Source: an uncultured Anaerolineaceae bacterium
GTDB lineage: Bacteria; Chloroflexota; Anaerolineae; Anaerolineales; E44-bin32
DNA length: 64,000 nucleotides
Assembly: GCA_964575425.1 (NCBI GenBank)
Contig: CAZNRD010000006.1
Location: 20,293 to 84,292, forward strand
Direction: 5' to 3'
Shown: piece by piece, positions 32,069-42,145 of the stretch
Layout of the letters: every line of letters begins with the position of its first letter
Position numbering within the stretch: position 1 is the first letter of the stretch
The notes under the pieces: model-generated
The model's database searches: none
Seen by the model: only the letters and a program-made list of their open reading frames with translations
Told to the model about the DNA's origin: nothing
Program-made: the position numbers and the translations under genes

Positions 32069-33903
32069 CCACAATGGATATGACAGCACCCCGGGTCGAC
32101 GGCCGGCGGCTCGAGGGACTGCCCGTGGTCAACGACTTCAGCATCAACATTGCCACGGTCAATGGCTCGGGCAGCCAGACGGCGAACGTTGCGCTGCTGC
32201 GCGCCATCTTCCGGATGGGCGTCCCCGTGAGCGGAAAGAATCTCTTTCCCTCCAACATCCAGGGCTTGCCCACGTGGTTCCTCATTCGTGCCAGCGAAGA
32301 TGGCCATCTGTCGCGCGCCGAGGTGAGCCAGGTGCTCATCACCGTCAATCCCGCCAGCTACGCTCAGGACCTCGCAGGGCTTCCCTCCGGGGGAGTGTGT
32401 TTCTATGCCGACACAATGCCGGCCCCGGCCCGCCCGGACATCGTCGCCTACCCGATGCCCATCCAGCAGCTGGTACGTCAGTTCGAGCCGCCGAAGGACC
32501 TGCGGGACTACATTGCCAACATGGCCTATGTCGGCGTGGCGGCGCACATGCTGGGGGTCGATCTGACAGAGGTCCGCGCCGCACTGGAGACGCACTTCCA
32601 GGGCCGGACCAGCGCCGTCGACTTGAACATGCGGATGGCCCAGGCTGCGGCTGATTGGGCGGCCGCCAACCTGCTCAAGCGCGACCCTTTCCGTATTGAG
32701 CGCCGCGACCTCACCCGGGGCCTAATCCTCGTCGACGGGAACACGGCGGCCGCGCTGGGGTCCATCTACGGCGGTGTTGGCCTCGTGGCCTGGTATCCGA
32801 TCACACCTGCCTCAAGCCTTCCGGAAGCGCTGGCCGAGTTTCTCCCGCGACTGCGGCGCGATCCAGCAAGCGGGAAGCTGACCTGCGCCGTGATTCAGGC
32901 CGAGGATGAACTGGCCGCCATCGGGATGGCGGTGGGCGCGGGCTGGGCAGGTGTGCGCGCCATGGCCTCCACCTCTGGCCCGGGCCTGTCCTTGATGGCT
33001 GAGTTTGCTGGCCTGGCCTTCTTCGCCGAGGTTCCCGTCGTTGTGTGGGATGTGCAGCGCATCGGCCCTGCCACGGGCCTGCCGACGCGCACATCGCAGG
33101 GTGATATCCTGTTCGCACGCTTCCTGGGCCACGGCGACACCAAGCACATCTTGCTGCTGCCCGGCTCCCCGGCGGAGTGCTTTGAGTTCGGCTGGCGCGC
33201 CTTCGACCTGGCCGAGCGCTTCCAGAGCCCGGTGCTCGTCATGAGCGACCTCGACCTGGGGATGAACCTGTGGATGAGCGAACCGTTCGAATATCCTTCC
33301 CAGCCGATGGACCGGGGCAAAGTGCTGTCGGCCGAGGACCTGGAGCGGCTGGGTTCCTTCGGCCGCTATCGCGACGTCGATGGCGATGGGGTCACGTACC
33401 GCACGCTGCCGGGCACCGAGCATCCGTTGGCAGCCTACTTCAATCGCGGCACCGGCCACGACGAGTTGGGCAACTACAGCGAACGCCCGGAACACTGGGA
33501 AGGGAACCTGCGGCGCCTATGGCGCAAGCACGAGGCCGCCCGAGGTTTCGTGCCGCCTCCCGTCGAGGACAGCCAGGTGCCGGCGGCCATCGGCCTGATC
33601 GGCTTCGGCTCGACGGACCCTGCGATTCGCGAGGCGCGCAGTCTGCTGGCCAGGCGAGGCATCCCCACCAACTACCTGCGGCTGCGCGCCGTCCCGTTCA
33701 GCGATCAAGTCGGTGATTTCATCCGCCGGCACGAGCGCACGTACGTGGTCGAGATGAACATCGAGGGCCAGATGCGCCAACTGCTGCAGCTCGAGTACTC
33801 GGCGCTGGCCACTCGACTGCGCTCAATCACCAAGATCGACGGTCTGCCGCTGGCGGCTTCGTGGGCGGCGGCGTGCATCGAGGCGGAAGAGGGGAGGTTA
33901 TGA
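32065..33903 (+). CDS. korA: 2-oxoacid:acceptor oxidoreductase, large fused gamma/alpha subunit (KorA-type)
   Basis: 612 aa. The N-terminal gamma-like GSGSQTAN is followed by an alpha domain (DGNTAAALGSIYGGVGLVAWYPITPASS). Its ATG overlaps the regulator stop (ATGA). Confidence 0.9.
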   Translation: MTTMDMTAPRVDGRRLEGLPVVNDFSINIATVNGSGSQTANVALLRAIFRMGVPVSGKNLFPSNIQGLPTWFLIRASEDGHLSRAEVSQVLITVNPASYAQDLAGLPSGGVCFYADTMPAPARPDIVAYPMPIQQLVRQFEPPKDLRDYIANMAYVGVAAHMLGVDLTEVRAALETHFQGRTSAVDLNMRMAQAAADWAAANLLKRDPFRIERRDLTRGLILVDGNTAAALGSIYGGVGLVAWYPITPASSLPEALAEFLPRLRRDPASGKLTCAVIQAEDELAAIGMAVGAGWAGVRAMASTSGPGLSLMAEFAGLAFFAEVPVVVWDVQRIGPATGLPTRTSQGDILFARFLGHGDTKHILLLPGSPAECFEFGWRAFDLAERFQSPVLVMSDLDLGMNLWMSEPFEYPSQPMDRGKVLSAEDLERLGSFGRYRDVDGDGVTYRTLPGTEHPLAAYFNRGTGHDELGNYSERPEHWEGNLRRLWRKHEAARGFVPPPVEDSQVPAAIGLIGFGSTDPAIREARSLLARRGIPTNYLRLRAVPFSDQVGDFIRRHERTYVVEMNIEGQMRQLLQLEYSALATRLRSITKIDGLPLAASWAAACIEAEEGRL

Positions 33904-34952
33904 TGGCCGCACACGCGGAAAGCATCCCCGCACGCGCCGGCGCCAATCTGCTGGGCCTGGAGAGGGCCGACTACAAAGGGCTGGCCACAACCCTCTGCCA
34001 GGGCTGCGGCCACAACTCCATTGCCAACCAGGTCGTCACCGCCTGCTTCGAGATGTCGATCCCGCCGGAGCGCGTGATCAAGCTCTCTGGAATCGGCTGT
34101 TCGAGCAAGAGTCCGGCTTATTTCATGAGCCGCTCCCATGCGTTCAACGGCCTGCATGGGCGGATGCCGCCGGTCGCTGCCGGCGCTCTAGTGGCCAACC
34201 GCGACCTCAAGGGCCTGGGCGTCAGCGGCGACGGCGACACGGCCAGCATCGGCCTGGGGCACTTCAAGCACCTCGTCCGAAGGAATGTGCCGGTGGTCTA
34301 CATCGTCGAGAACAACGGAGTCTACGGTCTCACCAAAGGGCAGTTTTCGCCCACGGCAGACAAGGGGCAAGTGATCAAGAGCCAGGGAGAGAATCCGTTC
34401 CTACCGATCGATGTCTGCATGGAGGCTCTGGCGGCAAACTGCGGCTTTGTTGCCCGCTCCTTTGCCGGCGACCCCAAGCAGGTGAAGGAGCTTATCAAGG
34501 CCGCCCTTGCCTACCGTGGCGCAGCCGTCCTGGATATCATCAGCCCGTGCGTCACGTTCAACAATCGCGACGAATCGACCAAGAGCTACACCTGGGGAAA
34601 GGAGCACGCAGACCCGCTTCAGGACGTCACCCTGGTGCCGCGGCGAGAGGAAATCGTGATCGAGTATGAGCCCGGGCAGGTGAGGACTGTCGAGCTGCAC
34701 GACGGCTCGCTGGTGCTCCTGAAGAAGCTCGCCCGCGACTACGATCCCTCAGACCGCGCGGCGGCCTTGGCGCTGCTGGAGGAAGCGCGCGCCAAGCAGC
34801 TGCTGATCACCGGCCTGATCCACCTCGACCCAACCGCACCGACGCTCATCGATGTGCTGAGCATCGTGGACAAGCCGCTGGCGCGGCTGACGGAAGACGA
34901 ACTCCGACCGCCGAGACACTCTCTCGACCAGGTGCTGGTCGAGCTGCGCTGA
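33900..34952 (+). CDS. korB: 2-oxoacid:ferredoxin oxidoreductase beta subunit (KorB-type, TPP-binding)
   Basis: CQGCGHNSI and GDGDTASIGLGHF...ENNGVYGLTKGQ. ATGA overlap with the alpha subunit. Confidence 0.9.
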   Translation: MMAAHAESIPARAGANLLGLERADYKGLATTLCQGCGHNSIANQVVTACFEMSIPPERVIKLSGIGCSSKSPAYFMSRSHAFNGLHGRMPPVAAGALVANRDLKGLGVSGDGDTASIGLGHFKHLVRRNVPVVYIVENNGVYGLTKGQFSPTADKGQVIKSQGENPFLPIDVCMEALAANCGFVARSFAGDPKQVKELIKAALAYRGAAVLDIISPCVTFNNRDESTKSYTWGKEHADPLQDVTLVPRREEIVIEYEPGQVRTVELHDGSLVLLKKLARDYDPSDRAAALALLEEARAKQLLITGLIHLDPTAPTLIDVLSIVDKPLARLTEDELRPPRHSLDQVLVELR

Positions 34953-35065
34953 GCCCGGTGCGGCAGAGGCGCGCCTGCGAATCCCGGGGATCTTTGCCTC
35001 CCGAGCGCGCAGGCCGAAGGAACGGGCTGCGACCTCGCCCGCTGCGGCGGTGGGGGATCACTGCG

Positions 35066-36169
35066 ATGGGACGGGCCTCGAACTGTCTCGCCGGCGTTGC
35101 CAGGAGCATGGCGCTTGTGCTGGCGATCCTGCTGGCCATCTCGCTGCCCTTCAGCTTGGCTGCGCATGACCTTGGCCGAGTTCTGTTCTCCCCAGAAAGC
35201 ATGAGCGAACTGATCGTGTCGCGCGTCGTTGAGAATGGGCAGCTGCGTCGACTGCTTGTCGCCCGGTTGCTGGGCGGAGGGGCATCGGCAGAGGATGACG
35301 CCGAGGGCTTCGACATGGCGCGCGCTTCAAGCTATCTCACCCCTGCTGAACTCGATGAAATCGGCGACGCGCTCTTCCCGCCCGGCTGGGTGGAGGAGCA
35401 GATCGCCTCCATCATGCGCCAGCTCTACGCCTGGCTGGACAATGACGAACCCTCCCCCGGGCTGGCCCTTGACCTTCGTCCCGTGGCGGCTTGGCTGCGC
35501 AGCGGCGGGGCACATGAGTTCGTCGAGACCCTTGTCGATTCATGGCCGGCGTGTGGCCTGCAGCAGGTGGAGCAGATGCTCGTCGAGGCCGCGCGCAGGG
35601 GAAGGGTGTCGGTGCAGTACTGTGAGCCACCGGAGCCGTATCGGACCGCGCTCATGGACTTCGCAGCGACGGCGCTCCTGGCGCAGGTGGAGGCTATGCC
35701 CCGGCAACTTCGCCTGAGCGGTGTGTCTGCCGGCACCGATGCCGAACAAGTCATGGCCCTAAAGGAGCAAATGCGCCTGGTGCGTCTGCTCCTGACCCAT
35801 GGCTGGCTCCTGCCGCTCTCCCTCCTCGGCCTGATCATGACCCTGGCTGTCCGCTCCTACCCCGATCTCGCGCGCTGGTGGGGGATTCCGCTCTTGGGTG
35901 GGGGTCTGCTGGGCTTGGCGCTGCTGTTGGTTGGTGGCGCAGTGGCGGAGCAAGCCATCGAGCGCATGGCGGAGCGACAGGCCTCGGAGTTGCTGGCGCT
36001 GCTTGTCAAGGGGATGGGCGGCGGGCTGGTCGAGGAAGCCCAGCGTCGGCTTTTCTGGCAGCTCTTGGTCTTGACGATGGCCTCCAGCGGCTTGATCCTC
36101 TCCGGCGCCGTCGTGGGTCGACGGAAGCGAGACCTCGGCGTTGTCCCTCCGAGTGCCGTTGGCTCGTGA
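35066..36169 (+). CDS. hypothetical integral membrane protein
   Basis: N-terminal TM (LVLAILLAISLPF), a ~230-aa soluble region, and three or more C-terminal TM helices. No recognised motif. The start is taken at MGRASNCL. Confidence 0.5.
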   Translation: MGRASNCLAGVARSMALVLAILLAISLPFSLAAHDLGRVLFSPESMSELIVSRVVENGQLRRLLVARLLGGGASAEDDAEGFDMARASSYLTPAELDEIGDALFPPGWVEEQIASIMRQLYAWLDNDEPSPGLALDLRPVAAWLRSGGAHEFVETLVDSWPACGLQQVEQMLVEAARRGRVSVQYCEPPEPYRTALMDFAATALLAQVEAMPRQLRLSGVSAGTDAEQVMALKEQMRLVRLLLTHGWLLPLSLLGLIMTLAVRSYPDLARWWGIPLLGGGLLGLALLLVGGAVAEQAIERMAERQASELLALLVKGMGGGLVEEAQRRLFWQLLVLTMASSGLILSGAVVGRRKRDLGVVPPSAVGS

Positions 36170-36199
36170 TTCGCGACAGGTCTATGCGCGTGCCTTGGC

Positions 36200-37507
36200 C
36201 TAGAGATAGTTCAGCGCCGCGGCCTGACGCTCCAGCTCTTCTCTGAAGTCTGGGTGTGCGATCTCGATCAAGGCGCGCGCACGCTGGCGAATCGTCTTCC
36301 CGAAGAGATCGACCACGCCGAACTCGGTGGCGATGTAGTGGACGTGGTTGCGCGAGGTCACCACCCCGGCCCCCGGCTTGAGCATCGGCACGATGCGGCT
36401 GACGCGGCTGCTGTCCTTGAGGACCGCGGTTGAGGGCAGCGCAATGATGGGCTTTCCGCCCTTGCTCCGCGCAGCGCCGTAGACGAAATCCACCTGCCCG
36501 CCGACCCCCGAGTACAGTCTGGGCCCGATGCTGTCGGCGCAGACCTGCCCTGTCAGATCGATTTCAATGGCCGAGTTGATGGAGACCATTTTGTCGTTCT
36601 GAGCAATCACGAAGGGATCGTTAACATACTCCGTTGGATGGAGTTCGATGATCGGGTTGTCGTCGACAAAATCGTAGAGGAGCTGCGTCCCCAGCATGAA
36701 GCCGGCGATGACCTTCCCCGGGTGCAGCGTCTTGCGTTCGTTCGTGATCACCCCCCGCTGAATCAGCATCATCACCCCGTCTGAGAACAGCTCTGTGTGG
36801 ACGCCCAGGTCGCGCTTGTCGCCCAGGAAATGCAGCACGCCGTCCGGGATAGCCCCAATGCCGAGCTGCAGGGTGGAGCCGTCCTCGATCAGGTCCGCCA
36901 CGTGCTTGCCGATGGCCTTGCTCAGCTCGTTGGGTTCCCCCATCGGCATCTCCGCCAATGGGTACTCCACAGGGACGGCGTAGTCGATCTTGGAGATGTG
37001 GATGAAGGAGTCGCCCAGGGTGCGAGGCATACGCTCGTTGATCTCGGCGACGACGGTCTTGGCCACCTGCGCCGGCGTCTTGGAGAGGCCGGCTTCGATG
37101 CCGAGGCTGCAGAAGCCATGCTCGTCGGGGGGAGCGACGTGGATGAGAGCGACATCTGGCTTGAGCGGCCCGTAGCGCATCAGCAGGGGCACCTGCGAGA
37201 GGAAGACCGGGGTGAAATCGACTCGTCCCTCGTGCACGGCCTGGCGCACATTGTCGCTGATGAACAGGGTGTTGATGTTCAGGTGCCCTGCCATTTCGGG
37301 AGCAGCGTGAGGCGCAGGGCCGATGGTGAGGACCTGGATGATTTCGACATCATGCAGTTCGTGTGCTCTGGCGACGAGCGCGCCCAGCAGCTGCTGGGGA
37401 ACCGAGCAGTTGCCGGTCAGGAACACCCGCTGGCCCGATTGGATCACCTTCACCGCTTCGTCGGCGGTCGTCACCTTGGCTTTACTGCCGGCTTGCCAGC
37501 TCATCAT
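36200..37507 (-). CDS. acetyl-CoA hydrolase/transferase family protein (4-hydroxybutyrate/succinyl-CoA:acetate CoA-transferase-like)
   Basis: 435 aa with VTTADEAVKVIQSGQRVFLTGNCSVPQ at the N-terminus and a later GGQVDF-type motif (SGVGGQVDFVYGA). Confidence 0.85.
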   Translation of the reverse strand: MMSWQAGSKAKVTTADEAVKVIQSGQRVFLTGNCSVPQQLLGALVARAHELHDVEIIQVLTIGPAPHAAPEMAGHLNINTLFISDNVRQAVHEGRVDFTPVFLSQVPLLMRYGPLKPDVALIHVAPPDEHGFCSLGIEAGLSKTPAQVAKTVVAEINERMPRTLGDSFIHISKIDYAVPVEYPLAEMPMGEPNELSKAIGKHVADLIEDGSTLQLGIGAIPDGVLHFLGDKRDLGVHTELFSDGVMMLIQRGVITNERKTLHPGKVIAGFMLGTQLLYDFVDDNPIIELHPTEYVNDPFVIAQNDKMVSINSAIEIDLTGQVCADSIGPRLYSGVGGQVDFVYGAARSKGGKPIIALPSTAVLKDSSRVSRIVPMLKPGAGVVTSRNHVHYIATEFGVVDLFGKTIRQRARALIEIAHPDFREELERQAAALNYL

Positions 37508-38598
37508 TCTTCACTCCCTACGGCGACCAAGCGCTTGAGATGCCGCATCTTCCCGCGGTAGGTGTTGACGCCCCTCTCCAGCGCAGGCAGGTTCTCGATG
37601 GCCTTGTCGATGCCCATGCGCGAGATGGCGGTCAGGTAGGGGAAGGCGGCGTTGAAGAGCGTGTACGACCCGGTCTGTCCAAGCACGCCCGGCATGTTGG
37701 GCACGCAGAAGTGGATCACACCTTCCTCGGTGTAGGTCGGGGACCCGTGGGAGGTGGGGCGCGACGTCTCGATGCAGCCGCCGGTGTCAATGGCCATGTC
37801 GATGATGACCGAGCGGCGCTTCATGCGCGACACCATGTCGCGCGTCACCACGATTGGCGACCGTTCGCCCGGCACGTAGACAGCGCCAATGAGGACGTCG
37901 GCATAGGAGCAGGCGCGCCGGATGTTGTAGGGCGTGGCGAGCATCGTCACCAGGTGGCAGGGCGTGCGAGACTGCAGGTCCTGGAGCCTGCGCAGGTCGA
38001 TGTCGAGGACGGTGACATGCGCGCCGAGCGCGGCGAAGGTCGTGGCGGCCGTGCCGCCGGCCATGCCGGCGCCGATGATCACCACCTCCGGTGCCGGAAC
38101 GCCAACCAGCCCGGCGAGCAGGATGCCCCGCCCGCCAAAGTCGTTCTGCATCAGGCGGGCAGCCACCTGGACGACCATGTGGCCGCCGAGCTGGCTGTGG
38201 GGGGCCAGCACCGGACGATAGCCATCGTCTTTTTCGATCTGCTCGTAGGCGATGGCTGTGAGCTTCTTCTCCTGAAAGACCGTCAGCTTGTCGTGGCGTG
38301 CGGCGGCCAGGTAGAGAAAGCCCATCACGGTCTGACCTGGGCGCATCATCTCCAGTTCCTCCTGCAGGGGCCGCGCGAACTTGAGCACCAGGTCCGCCCG
38401 CCGGTAGACTTCCTCCTCGTTGTAGGCAATTGTTGCCCCGGCCTGAGCGTAGTCGTCGTCGCCGAAGCCGGCGCCCACACCGGCGCCCCGCTCGACAAAG
38501 ACCGCGTGGTCATTCTCCTGGAAGAGGCCCACGCCGCTCGGGGGGAGGCCCACACGGTGTTCATGCGGTCTGCGTTCGCGGGGGATGCCGATGATCAT
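37504..38598 (-). CDS. ald: alanine dehydrogenase family protein
   Basis: MIIGIPRERRPHEHRVGL N-terminus and NAD fold VVIIGAGMAGGTAA. Overlaps the downstream gene by 4 nt. Confidence 0.8.
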   Translation of the reverse strand: MIIGIPRERRPHEHRVGLPPSGVGLFQENDHAVFVERGAGVGAGFGDDDYAQAGATIAYNEEEVYRRADLVLKFARPLQEELEMMRPGQTVMGFLYLAAARHDKLTVFQEKKLTAIAYEQIEKDDGYRPVLAPHSQLGGHMVVQVAARLMQNDFGGRGILLAGLVGVPAPEVVIIGAGMAGGTAATTFAALGAHVTVLDIDLRRLQDLQSRTPCHLVTMLATPYNIRRACSYADVLIGAVYVPGERSPIVVTRDMVSRMKRRSVIIDMAIDTGGCIETSRPTSHGSPTYTEEGVIHFCVPNMPGVLGQTGSYTLFNAAFPYLTAISRMGIDKAIENLPALERGVNTYRGKMRHLKRLVAVGSEE

Positions 38599-38637
38599 GG
38601 TATGTCTCCATTGATCTGGCGGATCTGGCGCGCCGGC

Positions 38638-39558
38638 TCAGCTGAGCAGGCTCACCAGGATCGCCTTCTGTGCGTGCAGACGGTTTTCGGCCTGATCGAA
38701 GATCGCGGAGTGCGGCCCGTCCATCACCTCATCGGTGATCTCCTGCCCACGGTGCGCGGGTAGGCAGTGCATCACGATGGCGGAGGGATCCGCTTCGCCC
38801 ACGAGGCCCGCGTTTACCTGATATGGCGGGAAGGCCTTCCTGCGCTGCTCCGCCTCCGCCTCCTGGCCCATGCTGGTCCAGGTGTCCGTGTAGATGATGT
38901 GGGCTCCGCGGACGGCCTCGCGGGGATCACGCAGCAGGCGGATGCTGATGCCGGTCTCTTCCGCAAGCCTGCGGCCCAGATCGAGAGCCTGGGCCGGCAG
39001 CTCGTAGCCTTCCGGCGAGGCGATGGTGAAATCCAGACCCAGCCTGGCGCAGGCAACCAGGAGCGACACGGCCACATTGTTCCCATCGCCAACAAACGTC
39101 AGCCGCAGGCCCTCCAGCCTGCCGAAGTGCTCGCGGATGGTGAGCATATCGGCCAGAGCCTGGCAGGGATGATTGAAGTCGCTCAGCCCGTTGATGACCG
39201 GCACCGAAGCATGGCGGGCCAGCTCGAGCACGTGCTCGTGGGCGAAGACGCGCGCCATGATCGCATCGACGTAGCGAGAAAGAACCCGGCTCACGTCGGC
39301 GATGGACTCTCGCTTGCCCAACCCGACCTCGTCTGGCGAGAGATAGAGGGCGTCGCCGCCCAGGTGGCGCATCGCCATGTCGAAGGAGACGCGGGTGCGC
39401 AGGCTTGGCTTCTGGAAGACCATGGCCAGCACCTTGCCGGCGAGCAGCGGAACGTTGCCCCCGGCGCGCCGCTCCTCCTTGAGGCGAACGGCCAGGTCGA
39501 GCATGGCCTCGAGTTCATGGCGACGAAAGTCGGCCAGACAAAGGAAATGTCGTGTCAC
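38638..39558 (-). CDS. argF: ornithine carbamoyltransferase
   Basis: [16 protein letters not shown] and HCLPAHRG motifs. GTG at 39558 is preceded by GGGGAG. Confidence 0.9.
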   Translation of the reverse strand: MTRHFLCLADFRRHELEAMLDLAVRLKEERRAGGNVPLLAGKVLAMVFQKPSLRTRVSFDMAMRHLGGDALYLSPDEVGLGKRESIADVSRVLSRYVDAIMARVFAHEHVLELARHASVPVINGLSDFNHPCQALADMLTIREHFGRLEGLRLTFVGDGNNVAVSLLVACARLGLDFTIASPEGYELPAQALDLGRRLAEETGISIRLLRDPREAVRGAHIIYTDTWTSMGQEAEAEQRRKAFPPYQVNAGLVGEADPSAIVMHCLPAHRGQEITDEVMDGPHSAIFDQAENRLHAQKAILVSLLS

Positions 39559-39775
39559 AGCAGGCTCCCCGTGGCAGGATTCACAGTTGATGGTGAGTGA
39601 GTATAGCACGGCGAGGCGGTCTTCTGGGTTTCGTCACCCGGCGCTTCGCTCTATAATCATGCGCGAGCCGGAGGGCGTGGTTCGGCTCTGACCGGGAGAA
39701 GTGCTCGCGGTGGGCGGACGTTCTGGGGCGATGTCGGGAACCGAGGCGTCGTTCTGAAGGCGTGGGGGCTGGGCG

Positions 39776-41362
39776 GTGAGCGGAGGGCGCATTCTTCTCC
39801 TGGACGACGACGGGGGGACGGTCGCGCTGTGCCGCCGGCTGCTGCCTCGGGCCGGTTACCAGGTGACGTCGGCAACAAGCGCCGAGGAGGCGCTGCGCCA
39901 CCTGCAGCGCGACGCCTTCGATCTCCTGCTTGTCGATGTCCGGATGAGCGGGGCCGATGGGTCCGCGTTGATGCGGCAGGTGCCCGCGCTACAGCCGGAC
40001 ATGGCAGTCGTAGTGATGGCGGGCGGGGATAGCCTGGGGATGGCCATCCGGGCGCTGGAAGAGGGCGCCAGCGGATTGGTCGTGAAGCCGTTCGAGTCGA
40101 ACCAGACGCTTCTGCGTCAGGTCTCCAGGGCGATCGAAGCCAACCGCGCACGCCGCGAGGCCGCCCGTAGCCGTGCGCTGCAACCGATCTTCGACCTGAC
40201 GGAGAGCCTGTTCGGGGAAACCGAGGAGACCAGTCTCGCGACGCGGGTGGCCCACGCGGTGCGAGCCCAGCTTCGCTGCGCTGCCGTGGGGGTCTATTGG
40301 CGGGACGATGCTGGCACCTCTCCCCGCTCGTTGGCACGCCTTGGCGAGGCACCGAAACCGGAAGAGGCCGCAGCGTCGGTCCTCATGCCCACGGGGGAGC
40401 CCTTGGTCGTCACCCGGCTTGGGCCCGGGGGCAATCCTGCTCCGGGCGTGGATCGATGGCTGGCGGCGCGTGGCCTGGGGTCGGGGCTAGTGGTGCCGGT
40501 GAGGCGCACGCAGGGAATCTGCATTCTCCTGGCCGTTCGTGAGGAGCGCCAGGCGGCGTTCAGCGAAAGCGAGGAAGAACTGCTGATCCTGCTGGCGCGT
40601 CAGGCGGCAGTGGCTCTGGAAAACGCGCGACTTTACGGCGCGCTGCGTGACCATGTGCGGGAGATCGAGCGATCGCAGCAGCGCCTGATCCAATCGGAGA
40701 AGCTGGCAGCCATCGGACGCCTGACCGCGTCGATCGCCCACGAGGTGAACAATCCGCTGCAGTCGCTCCGGAACTGTCTCGACCTGGCTGGCCGGGATGG
40801 GCTGGAAGAGGGTCAGCAGAGAGAGTATCTCAGGCTGGCGCAGAAGGAACTCGATCGCCTCAGCTGGATCATGCGGCAGATGCTGGATTTCTACCGCCCC
40901 GAGGCTGCTGCTCGCCAGTGGGTGGACCTCAATGAGCTGCTGCGGGAGGTGGTGATGCTTACGGCGGCTCAATGTGAGTCGAGGGGGGTCAAGCTTACCC
41001 TGGACCTGGCCAAGGACCTGCCTCGCATCCGTGCGGTTGGCTTCCAGCTCCAGCAGGTGGCGCTGAATCTGGTTCTGAACGCAATCGAGGCCATGCCGAA
41101 AGGCGGCAAGCTTTCGATTCGCACCCAGGCGCGTCGCGAGAGTGTGGTGGTGACCTTCCGCGACACCGGCGTTGGAGTCCCTCGACAGGACCTGCCCAGG
41201 ATCTTCGAGCCATTCTTCACCTCCAAGGCTCGCGGCACCGGGCTGGGGCTGGCGGTGAGCTACGGCATCGTGTCAGCCCACGGAGGCGTCATCGAGGTGG
41301 AGAGCGATGTGGGCGCGGGCAGCACCTTTCGCGTCAAACTTCCTATCGGGGAAGGGGAATAG
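39776..41362 (+). CDS. hybrid sensor histidine kinase (N-terminal REC - GAF - HisKA - HATPase)
   Basis: REC (ILLLDDD..LLLVDVRMSGADG), a central GAF-like region, H-box SIAHEVNNPL, and G-boxes DTGVG..GTGLGLAVS. Confidence 0.85.
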   Translation: MSGGRILLLDDDGGTVALCRRLLPRAGYQVTSATSAEEALRHLQRDAFDLLLVDVRMSGADGSALMRQVPALQPDMAVVVMAGGDSLGMAIRALEEGASGLVVKPFESNQTLLRQVSRAIEANRARREAARSRALQPIFDLTESLFGETEETSLATRVAHAVRAQLRCAAVGVYWRDDAGTSPRSLARLGEAPKPEEAAASVLMPTGEPLVVTRLGPGGNPAPGVDRWLAARGLGSGLVVPVRRTQGICILLAVREERQAAFSESEEELLILLARQAAVALENARLYGALRDHVREIERSQQRLIQSEKLAAIGRLTASIAHEVNNPLQSLRNCLDLAGRDGLEEGQQREYLRLAQKELDRLSWIMRQMLDFYRPEAAARQWVDLNELLREVVMLTAAQCESRGVKLTLDLAKDLPRIRAVGFQLQQVALNLVLNAIEAMPKGGKLSIRTQARRESVVVTFRDTGVGVPRQDLPRIFEPFFTSKARGTGLGLAVSYGIVSAHGGVIEVESDVGAGSTFRVKLPIGEGE

Positions 41363-42145
41363 GTGGCCGATCGGGTGCTGGTAGTCGATGATGACAACAT
41401 CGGCCGCCGCACGCTGGCCGAGATCCTGACGCTGGAGGGCTTTGAGGTCGTCGAGGCTGAAGGTGGGCGGGCGGCGATCGAGGCGCTGGGAGCAGCGGAC
41501 TTCGACGTCGTGCTGCTGGACCTGAAGATGCCCGATGTGGACGGGCTGGCCGTGCTCGAGGCCGCCTCCCATCTGGCGCCGGATGCGCAGGTCGTCGTGT
41601 TCACCGCGCACGGATCACTGGGGTCGGCGATCGAGGCAGTCCGCCACGGCGCTTTTGACTACCTGCTCAAGCCGCTGAGCAGCAGGGACATTCTGGCCTG
41701 CGTGCGCCGAGCCGTCGAGAAGCGCCGAGCGCAGGTTCGTCAGCAAAGGTTGCTGGCCCACCTGGAGCAGGCTGTGCGCGAGCTTCAGGCGGTGGAAGAC
41801 ACGAGCGATGCGCCCGTGGTGACGGTGGGGGCGGTGCGGCTCGACGTGTCGCGCCGCAGGCTGGAGAGGGGCGAGCAAAGCGTGGAACTCACGCCGGCGG
41901 AGCTGAGGCTGTTTCTGGCGCTCTATCGGCAGCGTGGGCGGGTGGTGGGGTTCCGCGACTTGGTGGACCAGGTGCAGGGTTATCAAGTCGAGACGTGGGA
42001 GGCTCCCGCGATGGTGCGGCCTGTGGTGAGCCGGCTGCGTGAGAAGCTGCGGCAGGTCGGCGGATCGGCAGAATGGATCGAGACCGTGCGCGGGAGCGGT
42101 TACCTGATGAGTGAAGGTGGCGGGGCTAGGCGGGCGGAGGGGTGA
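41363..42145 (+). CDS. OmpR-type response regulator (REC + winged-helix DNA-binding)
   Basis: VLVVDDD..VVLLDLKMPDVDG and a C-terminal LTPAELRLFLAL...VVSRLREKL...TVRGSGY. Confidence 0.85.
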   Translation: MADRVLVVDDDNIGRRTLAEILTLEGFEVVEAEGGRAAIEALGAADFDVVLLDLKMPDVDGLAVLEAASHLAPDAQVVVFTAHGSLGSAIEAVRHGAFDYLLKPLSSRDILACVRRAVEKRRAQVRQQRLLAHLEQAVRELQAVEDTSDAPVVTVGAVRLDVSRRRLERGEQSVELTPAELRLFLALYRQRGRVVGFRDLVDQVQGYQVETWEAPAMVRPVVSRLREKLRQVGGSAEWIETVRGSGYLMSEGGGARRAEG

